From positions 1 through 34,409 of the forward strand of contig SMSO01000020.1 in assembly GCA_004764695.1 (NCBI GenBank): 34,409 nucleotides of DNA, read 5' to 3'. Source of the DNA: Schizochytrium sp. TIO01 (lineage: Eukaryota > Protista > Bigyra: Labyrinthulomycetes). Below, piece by piece: positions 12,968 through 24,329 of the stretch (positions are counted from its first letter, which is position 1; each line of letters begins with the position of its first letter). The notes beneath the pieces were generated by a model, which did not search any database, was not told the DNA's origin, and saw nothing but the letters and a program-made list of their open reading frames with translations. A program made the translations under genes and the position numbers.

Positions 12968-12980
12968 GGTTATGGGCCCA
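12968..12980 (+). promoter_or_regulatory. Primer binding site, internal (half) initiator tRNA-Met type
   Basis: GGTTATGGGCCCA abuts the LTR and is complementary to the tRNA-iMet anticodon arm (UGGGCCCAUAACC), as in Drosophila copia. Confidence 0.88.
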
Positions 12981-13123
12981 AGATACGCCAGGAAGACTCG
13001 AGCGTAACAACTCGTTTCCTAGACATCTTGAAGATCAGACGAGCTCAACATCAGAGATAGAGTAAACTTTTTCGAAATAAGACTTCCTACGGAAAACTAT
13101 ACTCAGCCCTCAAGCAAGTCAAC

Positions 13124-16100
13124 ATGATGACTCCTGGAGGCAGCAAGAAGAGCAATAAGCTCAAGAAGAAACAAGAAGCTGCGGACCAAGCGGCGAACAT
13201 CAAGAAACAGAGTCCCGACTCTGATGAAGACATACGTGAAGAACTACGAAAGCTTAAAGAAAAGCTAGCAGTAGATTGAAGCTTGCACTGACCCTAAGAG
13301 ACAACGTCTACTAGACAGTGCACTTTTCACCTTACTCAGCAATCAAGCTGGTCCAAATTTTCAAAAACAACTACTACATTATGGTAAATCACACCATGGA
13401 CATGAAGGACGCGCTGCCTGGGCACAGCTTCAAATTGCATTTAAAAAACAGCCTGGTGAGACCAATCTTGACAAGGTCACAGCACTCTTACAATGTCTTC
13501 GGAAATACCTTGACAATTCCCTTGAGAGTATGTCAGAAAACGAAATCATGGTATGGTTTATGGAACTATACAACACTCAGTGTGAATTGTTAGCTACTGG
13601 CATGACGTTACATGATTACATGTTTATCCTTAACCTTTTACCACGTATTCGTTACATGGGTCCACAAACAACTGCGATCTATGGCAAAGCAATTAAACTC
13701 AAAGAGTATAGTAAAGAATTGTTTCAAGAGTTACGAAACACGGAACGGGAAGTTGCACAACAATACACACTAAAAGGCAAAAGTGGCTATTCTGCTGGGA
13801 ACCCTGAACCCACACATCTACAAGCAAACTCCTTTCACCCTTCCCGGAACAAGTTCAAGCGTCAAAAACGACCTACATCTCAAAACAACAATTCCGGGGG
13901 AGCACAACAACCCTTTCCTCAAAGGAATAAATGCTCACACTGTGGTTATTCAAATCATGCTGAGGCAAACTGCAAATTCTTGACAGCAATTTGTCCTATC
14001 TGTAACCAAGTTGGACACAGACCCTCTGTTTGTCCACGTAGATCATCGCGACAACAAAAGTCGAACAACAAGCGTCAGCGTCATAATTCAACACCACCGT
14101 ACAAAGGTCTCGCGTTACACAACGCTCCTTTTGATCAAGGACCTTTTCATGCCAATTTCAGTGTCAACCTTCTGACAATCAATCATCTAAAATCAGAACC
14201 GAAGTCAGCAGAGACAACCTCAGAAGGATTCCTACTAGATTCTGGATGCAATTTGCATGTCACACCAAATCTTGCATTACTTTCAAACTATGAGAACATT
14301 AATCCACTATCAATGGATGCAGCTCAAGGATCCTCAGTTCCGATTTTAGGAAAAGGTACCCTGGAGGCACGAGTAAGATCAACGTCGGGTAGAATTGTTC
14401 CTTTAACACTTACAGTCTACTACGCACCTTCCCTTGCTCACACATTACTGTCGACGTCTATTATGACTCAGCAAGGATTCTCATTTTTCTTCTCACAAGA
14501 TAGCGATCGTATGACCACTCCACATGGAGAAGTTATTACACTCGGTCAGCAATCTGACATCCCAATGCTTATCCCTGTAAAAGCACCCAAAGTTAACGCT
14601 CTGCAACTACGGAAAGCACAAAAACTCAGTTATAAAGGAATAGATTGGCTAGAAGCTCATCTTAAATTAGGTCACGCTTCAATTCCACGCATAGCATCCT
14701 CCATAGGAGTTTCTGCATCACAAATCGACTTCTTATGCATGGATTGTAAAGTTGCCAACTTTGAACGTATTCCAGTGACAAAAGGACCTCACACACCATA
14801 TGCTAAGTCTCCTCGACAAGCTGTTACAGCTGATGTGATGGGACCATTCCACGTTCTAGGCATTCCCAACAAGTTCAAATATGCCATAGTCTACAGAGAT
14901 CTTTACTCAGACTTTACATATGTTTATCCTATACAATCCACTGATCAAGTGTCCACGACCCTTCGTACTTTTGCTCAAGCATGGCTCCAAGGTAAAAACA
15001 CCTCGCGCATCATAATTCGCACAGACGGAGCTAAATATTTTACAGGCGGAGAATTTGCAAGATCACTTCACACCATGCGGTGGGAACATAAACTATCTGC
15101 ACCACACTCTCATGCTACAAATCCTGCTGAAGGCATCAATCGAGTACTAATGAATGGTCTTCGCTCCAATTTAAAAACTGCATTACTCGGAGCCAAATAT
15201 TGGCCCTATGCTTTATCTCATGCTGTACATGTCAAGAATCGCACAGCCTCCAGTCGCAATCGGAAATCTCCGTACGAACGACATTTTGGCAAAGCACCAG
15301 ACTACAGCTACTTCCACATTTTTGGAGCACCATGTGTGTTCAAGAAGTTTCCCATTCCGCAAAAGTTGGGAGATAGGGGTGAACTAGGCATTTTCCTTGG
15401 ATATGCTGATAGTTACACTCATGGAACTGTACATGTCTTACCTAAAGACAAGTCCAACATTCTTCAAACGCGTGAAGTCAAGATTTTCGATCAAGCATTG
15501 ACTGAACAAACTCGTCAGCGTGCAATGTCGATAGAAACCGCTCTGACACCTGATCTAATTACTCATTGGACACGTGAAGAATCAAATAAACTAATTGCTG
15601 GAGAAATGTATCAGGATCTACCTGCTTTATCCTCCGCAGCTAATAATACTAAATCTTTCCTCACTCCTAATACCCCAGAATATAATGATGACCGTGAATC
15701 CAATAGTGAACACACTAGTCGTCCGGAGGTAAACAATGATGACCGTGAATCCAATAGTGAACACGCTAGTCGTCTGGAGGGAAATCATAATGACCGTGAA
15801 TCCAGTAGTGAACACGCTAGTCATCCGGAACCCAATCATAATGACCGTGAATCCAGTAGTGAACACGCTAGTCATCCGGAACCCAATCATAATGACCGTG
15901 AATCCAGTAGTGAACACGCTAGTCATCCGGAACCAAATCATAATGACCGTGAATCCAGTAGTGAACACGCTAGTCATCCGGAACCAAATCACAATGACCG
16001 TGAATCCAGTAGTGAACACGCTAGTCATCCGGAACTAAATCACAATGACCGTGAATCCAATAGTGAACACGTTAGTCATTCTGAGGTAAATAATGATGAC

Positions 16101-18019
16101 CGTGAATCCAAAAGTGAACATGCTCGTGAAGACATGGAACTAGAACATAGTTCAGTCCATGCACACGATAGTCATCGGAGATCCAAAAGGACTCCCAAAC
16201 CTCATGTACCACTAAATGTTGGTCCCAGTGCCAAAGGCGCTGCAAATAAATACCGATACTATACCAATCGTCTGAAACGAAAACGTAATATGACGAATAC
16301 AGAGTTAGATTTCTCGGATATTAATTCTCTATCAAAAGAAGAGAACTTACATGAACTAATCATTCCCACGATATATCCGAGGGAACAGGAATATTTTGCT
16401 TTTCTTATTAAAACCAACACAGATAATAAACAATTACCTAAACCGGTCCCAAAACCATGTCCATATGACGACATTGTAGTTCCAAACACTTATAAAGAAA
16501 TGCGGAAACTGCCTCAGGCATATCAGCAACTATGGATCGCTGCGATGAATACTGAACATCACAATCTGCAGTCCGCTGGTGTTCTGGAAACTGTACCCTT
16601 ACACACTTTACCACAGGGACAGACTGTAATGGGAACTAGATGGGTCTTTACAAAGAAGGCACCACCGGTCAATCTGTTAAAAGCACGGGTTGTAGTACAA
16701 GGCTACAATGAGGCCATTGAACATGTTTATGATATATACTCACCAACAGTTAATGTTGAAAGCATTCGTGTTGCAACAATTATTGCTTTAACGAGAGGCT
16801 ATGATGCTATCACCGTTGACGTAACAGCCGCATTTCTAGAAGCACAAATTCCAGATGACGAATTCCTCTACATCAAAGGCATTGAAGGTCTTGACTTAGC
16901 AGAAGGTTATTGTTATCGTCTGCGTAAAAGTCTATATGGACTCAAAAGTGCCCCCCGTAGGTGGATGGATCATTTGACGGCTATATTAGAAAATTATGGC
17001 TTAACACGATCTATAACGGACGCATCACTCTTTATTGGCAAAGATCTTCTAATGACTATCCATGTTGATGACATGAGAATTTTTGGCACGCCCCAAGCAC
17101 TCAAAGCGATTGTCAAAGAACTCGAACAAATGTCGGCGTCAAAGTTAATCGTGAAAAACAATGCCATTATCTTAGTGATACACATGTCTATGACAAGTCA
17201 CGAAAGATCTGTACCATCAGCCAACGCGAGTATTGTGAAAAAGCCCTTAGGCGATGTAATATGGAAAACTGCAATGGAGCTAAGACTCCATCCATCCTTA
17301 AAGAGTTAAGTGATCATCCTGACGACTCTGTGAATGAACACTATCGTCCACTTGTCGGCACTCTAATGTATTTACTAAAAACTCGACCGGATATGGCATA
17401 CACTTTACACCAACTTGCATGTCATGGTCAAAAGAATGGAGCGGAACATATGCAAGCTCTTAAACATGCATTCCGTTATGTCAAGGCCACAAAGGACAAA
17501 GTTCTAACACTCAAAGGCGTGGATTCAGAGGCACAACTTGTTTTGAACGTCTATACAGATGCTTCTTTCAGCAAGGCACATGACAAACTTCGTCGTAGTG
17601 TTACAGGATATGTTGTTATGATAAATGATAGTGCTGTTGTATGGAAAACAACCAAACAGTCTACAGTTGCAAGAAATACTCACGAAGCTGAACTAATTGC
17701 TGCAGTTGCAGGAGTTCTCAGAGCAGAATCCATTCGACAACTTTTAGCAGACATGAACATTTACATCAATGAAATACAGGTATATATAGATTGTCAAGCA
17801 TTAGTAAACACAATCAAAAAGGAAGAAGTTAATGGTACAAATGGTTATCTCGCAGTACAACTAGCAGTACTGATTCATCGAAGACAAAACCAATTACTCA
17901 AGGTACATCATGTTAAAGGCACAGAAAATATAGCTGATTTACTTACCAAACCACTTGCAGCACCATCTCATTGGAAACACGCTAGTCGCTTACTTGATGC
18001 TTCAGGTGCTGACGCGTGA
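13124..18019 (+). pseudogene. Copia gag-pol polyprotein with frameshifts near 13274 and 17128 (main ORFs 13530-17309 and 17261-18019)
   Basis: Two CCHC knuckles (CSHCGYSNHAEANC, CPICNQVGHRPSVC); protease FLLDSG; HHCC motif HLKLGH...CMDC; integrase ADVMGPF / IRTDG / AEGINR; RT KSLYGLK and HVDDM; RNase H YTDASF, EAE, ENIADLLTK. The RT reading continues in the second frame from ~17129 (NVGVK...ISQREYCEKALRRCNMENC). True start uncertain. Confidence 0.9.
15684..16130 (+). repeat. Nine in-frame 51-bp (17-aa) tandem repeats in the integrase-RT linker
   Basis: GACCGTGAATCC at 15690, 15741, 15792 ... 16098; peptide HNDRESSSEHASHPEPN. Confidence 0.95.
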
Positions 18020-18022
18020 TTT

Positions 18023-18031
18023 GCGGGGGAG
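18023..18031 (+). promoter_or_regulatory. Polypurine tract
   Basis: GCGGGGGAG directly precedes the 3' LTR. Confidence 0.85.
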
Positions 18032-18228
18032 TATTGAAGTAATATACAGCTACTGTCTAACCTAACCTAACTTAACCTAACCAAGCTCTCCTATCCACAC
18101 ATTAACCTGCCTGTATGCAGACCTGAAACCCCGATAACTCATATATCATCCTCTTTCTCTTTCTCCTGAGTTCGTCATCCTTGTCAGACTACCTCTCCAC
18201 GCTTCACAGCTCAGGCTACTCTGCAATA
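18032..18228 (+). repeat. 3' LTR
   Basis: Identical to the 5' LTR and followed by the TSD GTAAT. Confidence 0.97.
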
Positions 18229-18262
18229 GTAATAAATGAGGCCTGAAACAACATTCTGTTTT

Positions 18263-18308
18263 CAACGCACAACAACGCACAACAACGCACAACAACGCAC
18301 AACAACGC
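18263..18308. repeat. 10-bp tandem repeat (CAACGCACAA), about 4.5 copies
   Basis: Seen directly in the sequence. Confidence 0.85.
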
Positions 18309-19048
18309 CACCCTTGTTGGAGAATGGCCCCATACTCTCGTCGTTAATTACTTTGCAACAGCTTGTTGGTCATTAAATCACATGTGTCATTTAACATTTT
18401 GCCTGGCAGCTATAGAAAAGCAATCGTCAAGCTTCCCCATAGACGTTGTTGCAAAAGCTGTTGCATTTTCATAATTTATCGAGCCTTCTCAAACTTGTAG
18501 AGGTCGCCCTGAGTAAACTATGAACTTAAAGAAGCTGAAACTTGAGTAATCCGAATATGACAACCGAAATTTTCGGATGGGGATCTGAGGAACTTGAAAA
18601 CGGTTTTCAAATTCACATTCAAAACTCCAAAATACGTATGAAGAACTATGGACTTATAAGGCATTATTAAACGTAAGGGTGGATTTATTTTATTCATGCA
18701 ATGACCCTCAAGCACTTTTTTCTAAATGCAACCTACTACGGAGTTTTGAGCATCACGGCAATTTTTCACTTCACATCTTGAAAATCACTGATTGCCACAT
18801 GCACGTTCACTAGTCGTGTCTTGTGCTCTAACATCTTTCAAAATATTGTCTATGACTCTTACGGCGTTTAATTTATTCGCTTCTTAAATTGTCAATATTA
18901 GTATTCAATCAAAATGTTTCCATCACCTACACGCTCTATATTATGATGATTAATATTTTCTAGTACGTTCATAATCCTGAAAATCTACAAAATTGTAATA
19001 TCAATCACATAGTTAAATATACAGCAACAAGGTTTAATAAAGAATAAA

Positions 19049-22000
19049 CTATTTAGAACTATTTTTATTCAAAATATAAGGGCCTAGACATCCCAATGCT
19101 CCACGAAAGGCAACGTTTGCAGCTTCCAGCCCATCAAGCTCTACTTTCTGCGCAGAAAGATAATCCTCTTTCGAACTCAGCTCATTCGAGCTGTTAACAG
19201 GCCAGGTTTGTGTAAGAAGACTACGCTTCACTGAAAACGGCGGAGAAAGTGCATCGTTCACAACATGTATACAACGAAGCTCACGAGATATCTGTTCAAG
19301 CATTTTCCTTCTTGCCTTTGCAGAATAAATTTCTTTATTAAACTGGCGCTCCTTGTACATTTCATCCGTCAACCCATCGGACATTCTAAGGATCAGTAAA
19401 AACCAAATGACATCAACTCCGTTCGTCAGTTAACAATTTCACGTCATCAAAAGGCACCCACAGTATTGCCAGTACAGTTTCATTTATTCTCTGATATTAT
19501 CATGTTGTTTGTTACATCCACAATCAACCAAACAAAACAATTCCGCAATAAACTTGCAATGACGCGAAGAAAAACATCGGCAAAACAACACAGGAGACAA
19601 CACAGGAGACAACCCATGACGCAACCAACCAACCAAGTCTCATGCACAAACCAGTACACGAGCTATCGCTTAAACAACTTACTCAAGTAATGTCAGCGAC
19701 CAGTTCACTTTTAGCGCCGCACCCACTGCCTTGGCGCCCTCTGAGCCGATACTGTTGTATCCAAGACTGTTGATTTGATTGAATGATGAAAAGCAATACA
19801 TTACACGTTACATATTACAATAAATGCACGCATACATGCATGGACGTGAGTGATCTAGGTTGGCTTTCACCATTTATCTTTGTTGTGTTGTCATTTTGCT
19901 CTTTCTTCGATGGATGTATACTCACCCAAACAGACAACCCATCCATCCATCAAACAAACAAGAGATTGCATAAACTTGCAAAACAACACCGACCCACCCA
20001 CCAAACAACAAACCAAGCTTCATGTACAAACAAGTCCACGAGCTGCGGTGTTGCGTAGACAACTTACTTGAGTGATGTCAGCGACCAGTTCTCTTTCAGC
20101 GCCGCAGCCACTGCCTTGGCGCCCTCTGAGCCGATATAGTTGCTTTGAAGACTGTCGATTTGATTGAATGATGGCAAGCAATACATTACAAGTTACATAT
20201 TACAATAGATGCACGCATGCATGCATGGACGTGAGTGATCTCGGTTGGCTCTCAGCATTTATCTTTGTTGTGTTGTCTTGTCATTTTGCTCTTTGTTCGA
20301 TGGATGTATACTCACCCAAACAGACAACCCATCCATCCATCAAACAAACAAGCGATTGCATAAACTTGCAAAACAACACCGACCCACCCACCAAACAACA
20401 AACCAAGCATCATGTACAAACAAGTCCACGAGCCGCGGTGTTGCATAGACAACTTACTTGAGTGATGTCAGCGACCGGTTCTCTTTCAGCGCCGCACCCA
20501 CTGCCTTGGCGCCCTCTGAGCCGATATAGTTGCTTTGAAGACTGTCGATTTGATTGAATGATGGCAAGCAATACATTACAAGTTACATATTACAATAGAT
20601 GCACGCATGCATGCATGGACGTGAGTGATCTAGGTTGGCTTTCAGCATTTATCTTTGTTATGTTGTCATTTTGCTCTTTGTTCGATGGATGTATACTCAC
20701 TCAAACAGACAACCCATCCATCCATCAAACAAACAAGCGATTGCATAAACTTGCAAAACAACACCGACCCACCCACCAAACAACAAACCAAGCATCATGT
20801 ACAAACAAGTCCACGAGCCGCGGTGTTGCGTAGACAACTTACTAAAGTGATGTCAGCGACCGGTTCTCTTTCAGCGCTGCACCCACTGCCTTGGCGCCCT
20901 CGGCACCGATATCGTTGCTTCTAAGACTGTCGATTTGATTGAATGATGGAAAGCAATACATTACATTGCAATGCATTACATTGGATACATGCATGGACGT
21001 GAGTGATCTAGGTTGGCTCTCAGCATTTATCTTCGCTGTGTTGTCATTTTGCTCTTTCTTCGATGGATGTATACTCACTCAAACAGACAACCCATCCATC
21101 CATCAAGCAAACAAGAGATTGCATAAACTTGCAAAACAACACCGACCCACCCACCAAACAACAAACCAAGCATCATGTACAAACAAGTCCACGAGCTGCG
21201 GTGTTGCGTAGACAACTTACTTGAGTGATGTCAGCGACCGGTTCTCTTTCAGCGCCGCAGCCACTGCCTTGGCGCCCTCGTCGCCGATATTGTTGCCCGA
21301 AAGACTGTCGATTTGATTGAATGATGGCAAGCAGTACATTACACGTTACATATTACAATAGATGCACGCATGCATGCATGGACGTGAGTGATCTAGGTTG
21401 GCTTTCAGCATTTATCTTTGTTATGTTGTCATTTTGCTCTTTGTTCGATGGATGTATACTCACTCAAACAGACAACTCATCCATCCATCAAACAAACAAG
21501 CGATTGCATAAACTTGCAAAACAACACCGACCCACCCACCAACCAACTAACCAAGCCTCGTGTACAAACGAGTCCATACACTACGGTGTTCCTAAGTTAA
21601 CTTACTTGAGTGATGTCAGCGACCGGTTCTCTTTCAGCGCCGCAGCCACTGCCTTGGCGCCCTCGTCGCCGATCTCGTTGTCCGAAAGACTGTCGATTTG
21701 ATTGAATGATGGCAAGCAATACATTACACGTTACATATTACAATAGATGCACGCATGCATGCATGGACGTGAGTGATCTAGGTTGGCTTTCACCATTTAT
21801 CTTTGTTGTGTTGTCATTTTGCTCTTTGTTCGATGAATGTATACTCACCCAAACAGACAACTCATCCATCCATCAAACAAACAAGCGATTGCATAAACTT
21901 GCAAAACAACACCGACCCATTCACCAAACAACAAACCAAGCATAATGTACAAACAAGTCCACCAGCTGCGGTGTTGCGTAGACAACTTACTCAAGTGATG

Positions 22001-24253
22001 TCAGCGACCGGTTCTCTTTCAGCGACGCAGCCACTGCCTTGGCGCCCTCTGAGCCGATATTGTTGCTTTGAAGACTGTCGATTTGATTGAATGATGGCAA
22101 GCAATACATTACATTGCAATGCATTACATTGGATACATGCATGGACGTGAGTGATCTAGGTTGGCTCTCAGCATTTATCTTCGCTGTGTTGTCATTTTGC
22201 TCTTTCTTCGATGGATGTATACTCACTCAAACAGACAACCCATCCATCCATCAAGCAAACAAGAGATTGCATAAACTTGCAAAACAACACCGACCCACCC
22301 ACCAAACAACAAACCAAACATCATGTACAAACAGGTCCACGAGCTGCGGTGTTGCGTAGACAACTTACTATAGTGATGTCAGCGACCGGTTCTCTTTCAG
22401 CGCCGCACCCACTGCCTTGGCGCCCTCTGAGCCGATATCGTTGCGCTGAAGACTGTCGATTTGATTGAATGATGGCAAGCAATACATTACATTGCAATGC
22501 ATTACATTGGATACATGCATGGACGTGAGTGATCTAGGTTGGCTCTCAGCATTTATCTTCGCTGTGTTGTCATTTTGCTCTTTCTTCGATGGATGTATAC
22601 TCACTCAAACAGACAACCCATCCATCCATCAAACAAACAAGCGATTGCATAAACTTGCAAAACAACACCGACCCACCCACCAAACAACAAACCAAGCATC
22701 ATGTACAAACAAGTCCACGAGCTGCGGTGTTGCGTAGACAACTTACTTGAGTGATGTCAGCGACCGGTTCTCTTTCAGCGCCGCACCCACTGCCTTGGCG
22801 CCCTCTGAGCCGATATAGTTGCTTTGAAGACTGTCGATTTGATTGAATGATGGCAAGCAATACATTACACGTTACATATTACAATAGATGCACGCATGCA
22901 TGCATGGACGTGAGTGATCTAGGTTGGCTCTCAGCATTTATCTTTGTTGTGTTGTCATTTTGCTCTTTGTTCGATGGATGTATACTCACTCAAACAGACA
23001 ACCCATCCATCCATCAAACAAACAAGCGATTGCATAAACTTGCAAAACAACACCGACCCACCCACCAAACAACAAACCAAGAATCATGTACAAACAAGTC
23101 CACCAGCTGCGGTGTTGCGTAGACAACTTACTCAAGTGATGTCAGCGACCGGTTCTCTTTCAGCGCCGCACCCACTGCCTTGGCGCCCTCTGAGCCGATA
23201 CTGTTGTATCCAAGACTGTCGATTTGATTGAATGATGGCAAGCAATACATTACACGTTACATATTACAATAGATGCACGCATGCATGCATGGACATGAGT
23301 GATCTAGGTTGGCTCTCAGCATTTATCTTCGCTGTGTTGTCATTTTGCTCTTTGTTCGATGGATGTATACTCACTCAAACAGACAACTCATCCATCCATC
23401 AAACAAACAAGCGATTGCATAAACTTGCAAAACAACACCGACCCACCCACCAAACAACAAACCAAGCATCATGTACAAACAGGTCCACGAGCTGCGGTGT
23501 TGCGTAGACAACTTACTTGAGTGATGTCAGCGACCGGTTCTCTTTCAGCGCCGCACCCACTGCCTTGGCGCCCTCTGAGCCGATATCGTTGCTTCTAAGA
23601 CTGTCGATTTGATTGAATGATGGCAAGCAATACATTACAAGTTACATATTACAATAGATGCACGCATTCATGTATGGACGTGAGTGATCTAGGTTGGCTT
23701 TCAGCATTTATCTTTGTTGTCTTGTCATTTTGCTCTTTGTTCGATGGATGCATACTCACTCAAACAGACAACTCATCCATCCATCAAACAAACAAGCGAT
23801 TGCATAAACTTGCAAAACAACACCGACCCACCCACCAAACAACAAACCAAGCATCATGTACAAACAGGTCCACGAGCTGCGGTGTTGCGTAGACAACTTA
23901 CTTGAGTGATGTCAGCGACCGGTTCTCTTTCAGCGCCGCAGCCACTGCCTTGGCGCCCTCGTCGCCGATATCGTTGCCATAAAGACTGTCGATTTGATTG
24001 AATGATGGCAAGCAATACATTACACGTTACATATTACAATAGATGCACGCATGCATGCATGGACGTGAGTGATCTAGGTTGGCTCTCAGCATTTATCTTT
24101 GTTGTGTTGTCATTTTGCTCTTTGTTCGATGGATGTATACTCACTCAAACAGACAACTTATCCATTCATCCATCCATATATCCATCAAACAAACAAACAA
24201 ACCAGCCATTGCACAAACTTGCAAAACAATAACAACAAAAGCAACACCGTGCA

Positions 24254-24329
<76 letters not shown>

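Larger units (their letters stand above)
12771..18228 (+). mobile_element. Full-length Ty1/copia LTR retrotransposon (5458 bp)
   Basis: Two identical 197-bp LTRs; 5-bp TSD GTAAT (12766-12770 and 18229-18233); PBS; PPT; gag-PR-IN-RT-RH domain order. Confidence 0.98.

Noticed and set aside
19620-24230. CRISPR-like or DGR-like array
   Set aside because: Units are ~385 bp with only a few variable codons rather than unique spacers; variation is not adenine-specific; the nearby RT belongs to a self-contained copia element.
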